From: an uncultured virus (IMG/VR IMGVR_UViG_3300035180_002914) | Lineage: Duplodnaviria > Heunggongvirae > Uroviricota > Caudoviricetes | DNA: 64,000 nt | Direction: 5' to 3' (one strand) | Virus record (IMG/VR): IMGVR_UViG_3300035180_002914 | Shown: positions 48,817-58,973 of the stretch, in pieces | Layout of the letters: every line of letters begins with the position of its first letter | Position numbering within the stretch: the stretch's first letter is position 1 | Made by a program: the position numbers and the translations under genes | The notes under the pieces: model-generated | Databases searched by the model: none | Told to the model about the DNA's origin: nothing | The model's input: only the letters and a program-made list of their open reading frames with translations

Positions 48817-49845
48817 ATGGATATTACACCGTATTTTCAGATGGCGCTCGATGCTCCGTCGGCGTTCATATCAAAAGATAATACTGTTGATACTTCTCCA
48901 ACAAATATATCAAGAGGAGATCTTCCTTCATTTGCTCAACAACCGGAATCGCAGCCAAAAACAAGACAATCAAGCATTGCCAATTCAAAACTCGGGTTAC
49001 AAGTTTCTGATTTAACTGCTATTCAAAGACCACCGTCTCCTCTATCTGGTAAACAAAATCAAGACGGTCTTTTGAGGGTCACTTTAAGTGCAGGAAAAAT
49101 AGATCACGCATTCTTTTTTAAAGATGCAAGAAATGTTACTGATGCTGATTTTAAAGGAGAAATGCATTTTACTTTTCTAGTAGCTACAGAACTAGTTGAG
49201 AAAATAGATATCAATTGGCAAGAAACAGACCTATTTAAAATCGCTTCTGGTTTAGGTGGTCAAATTGCTCAAACAGGTCAAGAAGCAACTAACTCATTAC
49301 TTGCAGCAACAAATGATAATATTGTGAATCCATTTACAAGAATGAAGTTCGCCGGTGTCAAACCAAGAGATTGGGGGATTCAGGCTTATTTCTATCCTAA
49401 AAACCAAAAAGAATCTGATATGCTTTCAAAACAAATAACAATGCTGAAAGATGCGGCTCTTCCAATAGCATCAGGAATATTTCTTGAATCGCCTAAAGTT
49501 TTCAAAATTACATTCGGTAGTGATGGCAGCGTATTAAATAATATTGCCCAACCTGGACTATGTGCAATAACAAGTATACATTTGAATTATACTCCTTTGG
49601 AAGGAAAGGCTACTTTTTTTGAAAATTGGAGATCAAAAGCTATGAAACTTGATATTAGTCTTGCAGAAATTACACCAATATATTTCGGTAAAAACTCTGG
49701 AGGTATTTCTTCTGCAAAAGGATTTGAATCTGCTTTTGTTGGTTCTAATATTGTGCAGCAAGCCACTTCTACTAAGACAGCGAACAGCACACCACCTACA
49801 AATACCGCTACTCCAGCATCAACAGACACTAATGTGAGACATTAA
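48817..49845 (+). CDS. gp48: Baseplate tail tube cap
   Basis: IVNPFTRMKF.GV..R....FYPKNQKES, PKVFKI, CAITSIHLNYTP. Confidence 0.85.
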   Translation: MDITPYFQMALDAPSAFISKDNTVDTSPTNISRGDLPSFAQQPESQPKTRQSSIANSKLGLQVSDLTAIQRPPSPLSGKQNQDGLLRVTLSAGKIDHAFFFKDARNVTDADFKGEMHFTFLVATELVEKIDINWQETDLFKIASGLGGQIAQTGQEATNSLLAATNDNIVNPFTRMKFAGVKPRDWGIQAYFYPKNQKESDMLSKQITMLKDAALPIASGIFLESPKVFKITFGSDGSVLNNIAQPGLCAITSIHLNYTPLEGKATFFENWRSKAMKLDISLAEITPIYFGKNSGGISSAKGFESAFVGSNIVQQATSTKTANSTPPTNTATPASTDTNVRH

Positions 49846-52358
49846 TGAAAAATGCACTATTAAATTTTAATGAGATCTCATTTCCAGAAAGAAATATTAC
49901 TCTTTATGACCTTTCTGAGAAGTCTATGAGAGATATTCCGGAAAAATATAAAATAAACAACGAATATTTCGAAACTATGCAAGTAGAAGATTCTGCTACT
50001 CCAGATCTTCTTTCTTCCCTCTATTACGGCGAAACTGTTGAGTGGGACATTGTATGCCTAGAAAATAATATCAGTCCTATTTACGATCTTCCTAAATCTC
50101 AAAGAGTGCTAGAAAGAAGAGTTGATGACTTACTTAAAAAATGGGAAGAAACTTTCCTTCCGATTATTTCTCAAAGTATGACAGAAGAAGAAATCGAAAG
50201 AAAAATACAAACTAAGAGGGATTATTTTTATACTATTGTCGAAAAAGAAAATGAAACATACAGAAATCTGAAATTCTTAAAGAAAAATTATATGATTTAT
50301 ATGTATGAAGACGTAAGAAAAAATATTAAAAATTTCGTAGAATCAGAATCCATAGATTATAAGCCTGTATTTATAGAAGGAAATGATCAAATTCATACTG
50401 TTGTTATAGCTACTCCTATTGATAGCAAAAATATCCACAGAGAATATGATCTTCTTATAACTGAGAACGGAACTATAACAACAGTATACGATATAGTGTC
50501 GATTATAGGAATTTATTTTGAAGAAAAAACTCTTTCTTACGATTCTTTTGCGCAAAATACAATTGTTTTGAGTAATTATCCTTTTAATCAAATTTCTCAC
50601 AAACAATTTAATGTATATGAAACTGATATACATAGCGATATAAATTTCAGTTTCTCGAAAGACAGTTCTAATAATTCAACAATAACCATTACGGCTTCTA
50701 TAACGGAAACTTATTTTTCTCATTTGAATAAAATAACATCAGCATTAAACGGTCTTGTTTCAGTTTCGACTTTCGATTCAAATATAAAAAAGAGTTTGAC
50801 TTCAGTATCAGGAACAGACTATCCAAAAGCTACTCTTCCTGGAAGCACAGTTACTCTTCTTTCCGATAATAGAATTCTAATTATAGGTGGATTAGATGGT
50901 TCTACATCTCAAACTACAACATACTTTGGAACATTTTCCGGTAATACAATAAACTGGGTTTCAGGAACAGACCTTCCGGCGGCTCTTAATAATCACACAA
51001 CAACGCTTCTTTCTGATGGGAGAATTCTAGTTATTGGAGGTTCTAACAACGGTTCGGCTGTCGATAAAACATACTTTGGAACAATATCTGGTAATACAAT
51101 TACTTGGGTAGAAGGAACAAAATTCAATTCTGTAATTGTGAATCACGCAACAGTATTACTTTCTGATGGAAGATTATTAATCACCGGTGGCTCAGGAGAT
51201 TCTTCTTCTAATCAAACAACAACGTATAATCAATCAACATTCGGAACAATCTCTGGTAATACTATTACTTGGAATTCAGGAAAAGAAATTAAAATAGAGC
51301 AACATTCTTGTGTTCTTTTACCTGATGGAAGAGTTTTAATTTCTGGAGGACTCTCAAAAGATGTTTCTGGAAATAATGTGACGACAACATATTACTCTAA
51401 TACAACCTTCGGTGTAATCTCTAATAATACAATTACTTGGTCTACTGGTTCTGATATGCCTGCTGATATTCAGTTTCTACATTCTAGTACTGTACTAGGA
51501 GATGGAAGAATTCTATTTAACGGCGGTTACAAAGTATCTGACAGTGTTTCTGTAAATGAACAGTATTTGGCAATAATTAATGGAACAACAATAACATTTG
51601 AACGGTTAGATGACCTTCCGGATTTGACATCAGGACATAAAACGGTTTTCCTTCCAGATTCAAGAGTCTTGGTAAGTGGTGGAACATCAGCAAAAAATAC
51701 TATAGTATTTGTGAAACTAAAAGAACTTGTTAAATATAAATTAACATCTCTTAAAGAAGACTCAAGCTTTAACATCACAAATGCTTCAAACTTCACAACA
51801 CTAGATTCAGCATATACTCTTTCTCTAATTGATTCTGCAAAAACATTTTCTTTAGAATTGAATGGATTTGATGTTATAATTAGAAATAATAGTGGAAATA
51901 TAGTTGACGATATTTCTTATTTCATAACAGAACTTGCGAGGAGATTTATAACTGCTACGAATATTGATAATAAAATCGTTATAACATCTACTACATCAAA
52001 AATTACTAATCTTGAAAATATTTCAATTACATATCAAACTTCGCAAGCTATGCAACTTGCTTATGCTGATGTTGAGTATAACTATATTCCGAAATATCAA
52101 GTTATTACTGTGACTTTGGTTTCAAGCACAACTTCGTCTGAAACATTTAGTATCTATATTAATAATGTCACATACACATACAATAAAGCTGATAACCAAA
52201 CAGTTGATGCTTCTATTTTGATGAATTCAATCACTGATGTTAATTTTGATAAGACTTTAGTAAATCCAACAACATTTACTTTAACAAATAAATATATGAG
52301 TAGAAGATGTTTAGCTACGTGTACTAATAATATTACTCTCACTGAAAGATTTATTTAA
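49845..52358 (+). CDS. gp53: Baseplate wedge gp53-like protein with Kelch-like propeller extension
   Basis: LysM-like TPDLLSSLYYG...WDIVCLENNI N-terminus; six LLSDGRILVIGG-type repeats. Confidence 0.75.
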   Translation: MKNALLNFNEISFPERNITLYDLSEKSMRDIPEKYKINNEYFETMQVEDSATPDLLSSLYYGETVEWDIVCLENNISPIYDLPKSQRVLERRVDDLLKKWEETFLPIISQSMTEEEIERKIQTKRDYFYTIVEKENETYRNLKFLKKNYMIYMYEDVRKNIKNFVESESIDYKPVFIEGNDQIHTVVIATPIDSKNIHREYDLLITENGTITTVYDIVSIIGIYFEEKTLSYDSFAQNTIVLSNYPFNQISHKQFNVYETDIHSDINFSFSKDSSNNSTITITASITETYFSHLNKITSALNGLVSVSTFDSNIKKSLTSVSGTDYPKATLPGSTVTLLSDNRILIIGGLDGSTSQTTTYFGTFSGNTINWVSGTDLPAALNNHTTTLLSDGRILVIGGSNNGSAVDKTYFGTISGNTITWVEGTKFNSVIVNHATVLLSDGRLLITGGSGDSSSNQTTTYNQSTFGTISGNTITWNSGKEIKIEQHSCVLLPDGRVLISGGLSKDVSGNNVTTTYYSNTTFGVISNNTITWSTGSDMPADIQFLHSSTVLGDGRILFNGGYKVSDSVSVNEQYLAIINGTTITFERLDDLPDLTSGHKTVFLPDSRVLVSGGTSAKNTIVFVKLKELVKYKLTSLKEDSSFNITNASNFTTLDSAYTLSLIDSAKTFSLELNGFDVIIRNNSGNIVDDISYFITELARRFITATNIDNKIVITSTTSKITNLENISITYQTSQAMQLAYADVEYNYIPKYQVITVTLVSSTTSSETFSIYINNVTYTYNKADNQTVDASILMNSITDVNFDKTLVNPTTFTLTNKYMSRRCLATCTNNITLTERFI

Positions 52359-53506
52359 TGTTTAATACTAGAAATGAACAGAAACTTAAACATTTCACGC
52401 TAATATTTGACGACAATAAAGCGAGAAGTATTGGGACTGTTTATATCACTTCTCTTCAAATAAACAGAAGTCTTGATAACTCTTATGTATCCGGAGTTTT
52501 GAAATTTGTAGATACTCAAAACTTGGTCGAGATTATTCCGCTTAATAAGAATAACAAGATAGATATTATAGCGAAATGTTGTCTAGATATAGAGTATAAA
52601 GAAACCTTCGTCGCTATAAAAACTAAAGTAAATTCTGTTGGAAATAAAACAAACGAAGTAGAAATAGAATTTGTGGATCAAGACACATATCAGTTTATGT
52701 GTCAAACTCATACTGAAGTATTTGTAGATAAAAAACCTGGAGATATAATTAGCGATCTTCTAAGTGAATATATGGTTTCAGACAAAGGTGTAGACTATAT
52801 AGAAAATGATTACGCTAAATCTCTAGATTATTATACTGTTCAAGGTAATAAACCTCTAATAGCTAGTTTAAATCTACTTGCTAAGAAATACAATATGAAA
52901 GTATATCAAACTAGAGATAATATCTGTTGTAAGTCATACGACAATATAATTAAAGACGCAAAGGAATTCGAACATCCGTATATTTTCCATCACCTTAATC
53001 CGTATTATCTATATCAAATAAAAGAATTTAAAGTGATAAAAATGGGAGCAGGAAGCTCTCCTCTTACGACACCTAAACAAAAGATCTTTTCAATTGATAT
53101 TACTGATTTAAGACAACAGTTTAGGTTATATTCCAGAGATTTAATGGAAAAGGATCAGAACACTTTGACAGAAAAGGAAATCGATTATAGCCCAAAAAAT
53201 CTTTTAGAAAGATCTGTTTATAAACATATCAAAACTGTTGAAGAAGATGTCCGTTATACATTCGCTAACAGTTTTAATGAAAATAATATGATGGAAATTT
53301 TAATTCCTGGAACATTTGACTCTCCGGATATAGGTGATAAGATAACTATACATAGAGAAACACCTGACAGAGGAGAATCGTTTAAACCAGATCAAAACAT
53401 CGCTGGTTATTGGTTAGTGAAAGGCGTTTCTTATATGTTCATAACACAAGATCTTTTTATGATTAAATTAATATTAGTTAGAAGTGGTTATAAGGATAGA
53501 ATATGA
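52358..53506 (+). CDS. Baseplate hub protein (gp27-like)
   Basis: GVLKFVDTQNL N-terminus, IPG...IGDKI...AGYWLVKGV C-terminus; directly before gp5. Confidence 0.7.
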   Translation: MFNTRNEQKLKHFTLIFDDNKARSIGTVYITSLQINRSLDNSYVSGVLKFVDTQNLVEIIPLNKNNKIDIIAKCCLDIEYKETFVAIKTKVNSVGNKTNEVEIEFVDQDTYQFMCQTHTEVFVDKKPGDIISDLLSEYMVSDKGVDYIENDYAKSLDYYTVQGNKPLIASLNLLAKKYNMKVYQTRDNICCKSYDNIIKDAKEFEHPYIFHHLNPYYLYQIKEFKVIKMGAGSSPLTTPKQKIFSIDITDLRQQFRLYSRDLMEKDQNTLTEKEIDYSPKNLLERSVYKHIKTVEEDVRYTFANSFNENNMMEILIPGTFDSPDIGDKITIHRETPDRGESFKPDQNIAGYWLVKGVSYMFITQDLFMIKLILVRSGYKDRI

Positions 53507-54381
53507 TAGATTCACTAGAACAAGCAAGTGACCTTTCAAGTAGAAATCAGATCTTTTACAGAGGAGTTGTAGAAGACAATCAAGACCCATTAAAAATGGG
53601 AAGAGTAAGGGTAAGAATTTTCGGAATTCACTCTGAAGACCCTAAAGTAAATCCTGTTGATAATCTTCCTTGGGCAGAATGTTTGGTTTCTCCAGATTTT
53701 GGACTAATTTCAGGAATAGGCGTTTCTTCTGTTCCTGAACAAGGTTGTTATGTTTGGGTATTTTTTGATGCGGGAGAACACGACCATCCTGTAGTAATTG
53801 GAGTAACAGCAGGCGTTAGAAAACAAAGAGACACAATATCATTCTGCGATAAAGATCTCAAATATCCTCTTCTTTCAAGATTGAATGAACCAGACTATAA
53901 TAGATTAGCTAGGGGAGAAAAACAAGACCAAACTCCTTGTGCTAAAAAACAACAAGATAATAAAGTAGAAGAACCTTATGATAATTATAAGAAAGGCAAA
54001 TATACAAAAAATAAAGTTCTAGAAACTTCAAGCGGTCACGTTATTGAGATAGATGATACCGAAGGAAATGAAAGAATCCATATCTTCCATAAATCAGGTT
54101 CACTTATAGAAATGCTTCCTGATGGAAAAATTGTCATTAAATCATTGAATAATACATATGAAATAGTAAATGGTGATAGGAAAACTCATATAACAGGGAA
54201 TTCTATAGAATTTATTGATTCAGATATTAAAAGAGAAACTCACGGCTCAGAAACGATAAAAATCGGCGGAAATGTTTCATTTGAAATCGGCGGAAGTTTG
54301 TCTTTTAAAACTGGAGGCGCAACTAATTTTCATTCCGGAGGCGCTTTCTCTGTTTCTGCTCCATCCATAAATTTGAATTAA
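53503..54381 (+). CDS. gp5: Baseplate central spike (OB fold plus beta-helix, no lysozyme domain)
   Basis: GVVEDNQDPLKMGRVRVRIFGIH, LPWA, ETSSGHVIEIDDTEGNERIHIFHKSG. Confidence 0.92.
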   Translation: MIDSLEQASDLSSRNQIFYRGVVEDNQDPLKMGRVRVRIFGIHSEDPKVNPVDNLPWAECLVSPDFGLISGIGVSSVPEQGCYVWVFFDAGEHDHPVVIGVTAGVRKQRDTISFCDKDLKYPLLSRLNEPDYNRLARGEKQDQTPCAKKQQDNKVEEPYDNYKKGKYTKNKVLETSSGHVIEIDDTEGNERIHIFHKSGSLIEMLPDGKIVIKSLNNTYEIVNGDRKTHITGNSIEFIDSDIKRETHGSETIKIGGNVSFEIGGSLSFKTGGATNFHSGGAFSVSAPSINLN

Positions 54382-54435
54382 GGAAATTCGTGTACTGGTT
54401 AAGAGTTTTTTGTTGTTCTATTTTGATACCAATTT

Positions 54436-54489
54436 TTTATCCATTTTGTGTGTAAAACACCGTCCTAAAGGACGGTTGATATAAGCACA
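54436..54489 (+). mobile_element. Orphan IS200/IS605-type left-end hairpin
   Basis: TTTAT|CCATTTTGTGTGTAAAACACCGTCCTAAAGGACGGTTGATATAAGCACA, near-identical to 25947-25999. Confidence 0.75.
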
Positions 54490-54548
54490 AATAAATATTT
54501 TACCATACAAAAAAAGCGTCCCACTTATATTATCATTGAGGAATATTA

Positions 54549-54839
54549 ATGCTTGGAGTAGTAAGAAAAGGTGATATGTCTACTGGAGACCCTTGTAAAG
54601 CGCCACCAAGAAAAGCTGCCGGAGGTTCTCCAAATGTCTTTGCCAACGGTCTTCCTATTATGAGAGTTGGCGATAAATATGAAGATCACTCTTGTCCAGG
54701 AAGTCCTCCACATTCAGCTACAGCTTCTTCCGGTTCTTCAAAGGTTTTCATTAACGGTAGACCGGCACATAGACACGGAGACAAAATAAGTTGTGGTTCT
54801 AAAGCTGATAAATGCTCGCCAAATGTTTTAATAGGATAG
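54549..54839 (+). CDS. PAAR spike-tip protein (gp5.4-like)
   Basis: GSPNVFANG, GSSKVFINGRPAHRHGD..SCG. Confidence 0.92.
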   Translation: MLGVVRKGDMSTGDPCKAPPRKAAGGSPNVFANGLPIMRVGDKYEDHSCPGSPPHSATASSGSSKVFINGRPAHRHGDKISCGSKADKCSPNVLIG

Positions 54840-54845
54840 AAGAAA

Positions 54846-56462
54846 TTGATTACACCGAGCTTAACATCTAATTTGCCGTCTTCTTTTTCGGATCTTCTTA
54901 CAAATCAAGCAACTAGTATTCCTGAAAATTATCAAGAATTTATTCACCAACAAATGCAATCAGAAGCGGAAGATAGATTTAAGACTCAATCTACTCTTCT
55001 TAAAATAGATATTAATCAGTTTGATACTCTTCTAAATGAATTCGTAAATCAAGTAAATACTATGTCAGATTTGACTCCTAGATCAGGATTGTTCAAAAAT
55101 ACTACACCGAAGAACACTCTTCAAAACCTCAGACCAGATAGAAAATCTGTTTCTTCAATATGTATTAATGACTGTTTTGCTGATATTTCTCCTTCTGCTA
55201 AAACAGTAAGAGATAAACAAGTTGAAGTTCTTAAAGGCGTTCTATCTCATCCAAACGATTTTTTAAAACAAGATTTAGGTGTTTTTAATTCAGGAGAAGA
55301 AACTGTTTCTTCAGCTCTTAAAACCGTATCAACATACAATCTAGCAAACTCAATAAAAGATACGACTAGTCAATTAACAAATATAAACGGTTTTTCTCTA
55401 CCAAATAATAAAGATGTTATGAGTCTTATAACCTCAAATGCACAGGGATTAATAGGCGGTGCAAGTTTGCCGACTTCTGTTGGATTGTTTTCCAATTCTG
55501 TAGGCGGAATAGACGCTCTTCAAAAGGATGTAGCAGGTACACTTAATAGTATGATGCCTGGACAAAAGTCGGAACTTGTTTCTTCTATTGTAAGTAAGGC
55601 AACAGAAGAGTTAGTGAAGGATATAAAATCAGTAACAAATGCTTTGGGGGTTGTTTCTAGTGCGAAGTTTGATTCTGCTCAAAAAGGAAAAGTCGCTCTT
55701 AAAGATTTGGCTTCCGCATTCCAACAAACTTCTACTACAGCCTTTTCTGGTATTGACGATTTGATAAAAACTTTAGGCGCTAACGAAGAATTTAAAAATC
55801 TTGCAAACTCTCTAAATTCATCTGTTACTAATATTCGAGGTCTATTGACATCATCTATGAGTCAAATAAATTCTTTACTTTCTGGGAGTAAATTAGCATT
55901 ACCTGACGCAACAAAAATGCTTAGTAATATTACTTCAGAAGTTCAAGGTAAACTGTCATCTATGATGGATTCAACTCTCGGAAATCTTTCTTCTTTAAAA
56001 TCAGAGATGTTAACAAATCTCGATGTTAAAGTCGACTATTTGGATCTTCCACTTCCTTCTATATATCAAATGATTGATGTAGTGAAAGAAGACATAAAAG
56101 ATCTTCACTCTCAATCTTTGACACCAACCGAACAAAGTCTTTTTGGTATGATAACAGAGATAGAATCCTTTGCGAAAACAAAACAATTAAGTCAAAGGGC
56201 AAAAAGTTTGACAGATATGAGAAATTGTATAAAGAAACAAGTTCCGACTGCGAATTTAATAAATATTTCCTTTATAAATAATCTACCACTAACCGAATCT
56301 AACGATTTAGATATAATGAGAATCCAAAACAGAACAACAACAAAATTAGATACTAAAAAGTTAGACACGCTCAAAACTATGTATAAAAACTATAAAAGAG
56401 AAATAAGAGCAACTATTCCTCAAAACGATTACTATAAAACTGTTGCGCAAGGGGTGATTTAA
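54846..56462 (+). CDS. Hypothetical helical protein in the baseplate operon
   Basis: 538-aa ORF between PAAR and gp25. Confidence 0.7.
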   Translation: MITPSLTSNLPSSFSDLLTNQATSIPENYQEFIHQQMQSEAEDRFKTQSTLLKIDINQFDTLLNEFVNQVNTMSDLTPRSGLFKNTTPKNTLQNLRPDRKSVSSICINDCFADISPSAKTVRDKQVEVLKGVLSHPNDFLKQDLGVFNSGEETVSSALKTVSTYNLANSIKDTTSQLTNINGFSLPNNKDVMSLITSNAQGLIGGASLPTSVGLFSNSVGGIDALQKDVAGTLNSMMPGQKSELVSSIVSKATEELVKDIKSVTNALGVVSSAKFDSAQKGKVALKDLASAFQQTSTTAFSGIDDLIKTLGANEEFKNLANSLNSSVTNIRGLLTSSMSQINSLLSGSKLALPDATKMLSNITSEVQGKLSSMMDSTLGNLSSLKSEMLTNLDVKVDYLDLPLPSIYQMIDVVKEDIKDLHSQSLTPTEQSLFGMITEIESFAKTKQLSQRAKSLTDMRNCIKKQVPTANLINISFINNLPLTESNDLDIMRIQNRTTTKLDTKKLDTLKTMYKNYKREIRATIPQNDYYKTVAQGVI

Positions 56463-56463
56463 A

Positions 56464-56832
56464 ATGGCACAGGACATTTTTTATGTTGACGTTGCTTGTA
56501 AGAATACTGGTTTCGATATTAACTATGAAGCCGTAGAAAATTCCATTAGAAATATACTTTTAACACCAATAGGAAGTCTTCCGTCTTCACCTGAGTTTGG
56601 TTCAAGATTAAGTTCTCTTCTTTTTTCGGCTATGAATTCAAATATAGTTGATGTCGTTAAGGGTGAAATAACTTCTTCAATAGAAATGTGGGAGAAAAGA
56701 GTAACAGTTAAATTCGTTGATGTTCAACCTCATCCAGAATATAATTCTCTAGAAATAAAAGTTTATTTCACTCTAAAAATAGATAATGATTCCACAGCAA
56801 GAGTACTCAAAATAAATATGAAAACACCATAG
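56464..56832 (+). CDS. gp25: Baseplate wedge subunit
   Basis: AVENSIRNILLTPIGS....PEFGSRL..LLF, WEKRV. Confidence 0.92.
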   Translation: MAQDIFYVDVACKNTGFDINYEAVENSIRNILLTPIGSLPSSPEFGSRLSSLLFSAMNSNIVDVVKGEITSSIEMWEKRVTVKFVDVQPHPEYNSLEIKVYFTLKIDNDSTARVLKINMKTP

Positions 56833-56841
56833 GAAAAATAA

Positions 56842-58971
56842 ATGTTAGATTTTGTACCGTTCAATCAAGATGATATTCAATCAGCTTTAAATGAAAAAGC
56901 AACAGAACTAGGTTTCGTTGACGCTATTTTTCCTGGTTCAAATACAGCTTTCTTAACAACATTATTATCTTACGCCGTCGCTATGAATAATGCGAACGCA
57001 TCTCTTATGCTTTCTGAATTCTTTCTTGCTACTGCAACAAAAAGAAAAAACATATTGAAAATGGCCAGAATGCTAGGCTATGAAGTAAAAAGAAAAACAT
57101 CATATCAATATCAATTATTGATTAAGTGTGAAGCTCCTGATGGAGTATTAAACAACCAACCGTTTAACTGTGTTCTTCCAAAATATAGCGCTTTTACTGA
57201 CGGAAATAATACTTTTTACTATATGGATTCTGATAAAGAAATCATTGGAATAACTCAAGACCAAATAACAAAAGAAACAACCTTATATAATACTCTTCTC
57301 AAAACAAAAGGCAATATTACTCAATCAGATCTTGATGAACATAATATACAAACATTTTTCTTTATAACAGTAAAGGAAGGAACTCTGTTTAGATATTTTG
57401 ATCCTGTATATGCTCCACTAGGAAGTAGCGAATTATGCTTTAAAATGACAAAAACTCTTCAACCTGATGGTTCTTTAGGAACAACATATACTATACCACT
57501 AGATTATCAAGATATTGAACAAGACGGAATTGAAGTTTTTGTTTCAAGATATAATGCTGATGGCGAATACGAGGATAAAGTTCTTTGGCAAAATGTTCAG
57601 TTTCAAGATATAGATTTAAAAAAATATAATTTTGAAAAATCATATGTCGTATTGAGAGATATCGATACTAATACATCAACAATTTATTTTAAATTCGCAG
57701 GCGTCTGTGATGAACCTATACTTAATGCCGAAGTGTTTGTTAATGTGCTTATTTCAAAAGGTTCTCAAGGAAGCGCCCAAGGAAAAATCACATTCGTATC
57801 AGCAAATAAAAACTTTAATGTTGTTCCTATTGGCGTAACTGATAGTTCGATCTATACTGTATTTACTTATATGAATGAAGTGTTTGCTGGTTCTGATGAA
57901 GAGTCAAATGAACAAATTAAAGAAATAGCGGCAGTATTTCATAATGTCGCAAACAGAGCTGTTACCGCTCAAGATTATGAAGTTATATTAAAACAACACC
58001 AATTAGTTCAAGATTCTTCCGTTTGGGGTGGCGAAGACTATGTAATAGAACAACTTGGTACAGTTTATATTTCAGGTCTTCCAACAAAAACAACAAAATC
58101 TAAACAATATTTGAATGTTAATGGCGGGAATGTTGAATATAAAAGAATATATTCTTCTGAAAATGAAAAAGAGTTTTATTTTACTGATGAAAATAAAAGC
58201 GATATTCTTACATATCTTTCAAAATACAAAATAATGACTCTAAAAAATGAATTCAGACAACCATTATACTTCAACCTTGATATCAATGTAAGAATAACAA
58301 AACCCATTTTTGACTCAAATGTTTTGAATAAAATCATAACATCTGTGACTGATTTATTTGATACTACATATGAAACATTTAATAATGAGTTCTTTAGAAG
58401 TGGAATATCAAAAATAGTTTATTCTTCTATTGGTGATACTAACGGCGTCGATATTAATGTTTCTCAAAAAATCGTTCTTTCAAAATACAATATAATAGAC
58501 AAGTCAAATGAGTCAGGAGCAAATAAATTTTTTGAATTTTTTCTTCCTCTTCCGTTTACTAACTTTATAGACGAAAATAGTTTTGTAAATCCCGATTTGC
58601 TTCCGGATATATCGACTATTGGTTTCTTAACAGATGATGTAAAAATTGGTAATAATAACCTTATTGTCAATTTTACTCAAGGAAGCGTTTTATATGATGG
58701 TAGAACTGTATCATTTAATATTTCTTATAATAATGTTGTTTGTGGTACATATATAGTTTCAAAAATATACGGTAAACAATTCATCTATATAAAATTGAAT
58801 CTTAGAACATCTAACGCATCTGTTGATGTAAATTCGTCATCAAGTCTAGCTGACACATTCTTTACTAATAATCAGTATCTTAATTTTGTTTTCTCGCCAA
58901 ATTCTCAAGATGCAAGATACATAAGAAATTCTACCCCAAGATTAAACTATTTCAAAATAAGTAGCCTATAA
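56842..58971 (+). CDS. gp6: Baseplate wedge subunit
   Basis: GSN...L.LLSY, EFFLATA..R.NI...A..LGY, GSDEES..QIK, NRAVTAQDY, VWGGE. Confidence 0.92.
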   Translation: MLDFVPFNQDDIQSALNEKATELGFVDAIFPGSNTAFLTTLLSYAVAMNNANASLMLSEFFLATATKRKNILKMARMLGYEVKRKTSYQYQLLIKCEAPDGVLNNQPFNCVLPKYSAFTDGNNTFYYMDSDKEIIGITQDQITKETTLYNTLLKTKGNITQSDLDEHNIQTFFFITVKEGTLFRYFDPVYAPLGSSELCFKMTKTLQPDGSLGTTYTIPLDYQDIEQDGIEVFVSRYNADGEYEDKVLWQNVQFQDIDLKKYNFEKSYVVLRDIDTNTSTIYFKFAGVCDEPILNAEVFVNVLISKGSQGSAQGKITFVSANKNFNVVPIGVTDSSIYTVFTYMNEVFAGSDEESNEQIKEIAAVFHNVANRAVTAQDYEVILKQHQLVQDSSVWGGEDYVIEQLGTVYISGLPTKTTKSKQYLNVNGGNVEYKRIYSSENEKEFYFTDENKSDILTYLSKYKIMTLKNEFRQPLYFNLDINVRITKPIFDSNVLNKIITSVTDLFDTTYETFNNEFFRSGISKIVYSSIGDTNGVDINVSQKIVLSKYNIIDKSNESGANKFFEFFLPLPFTNFIDENSFVNPDLLPDISTIGFLTDDVKIGNNNLIVNFTQGSVLYDGRTVSFNISYNNVVCGTYIVSKIYGKQFIYIKLNLRTSNASVDVNSSSSLADTFFTNNQYLNFVFSPNSQDARYIRNSTPRLNYFKISSL

Positions 58972-58973
58972 TA

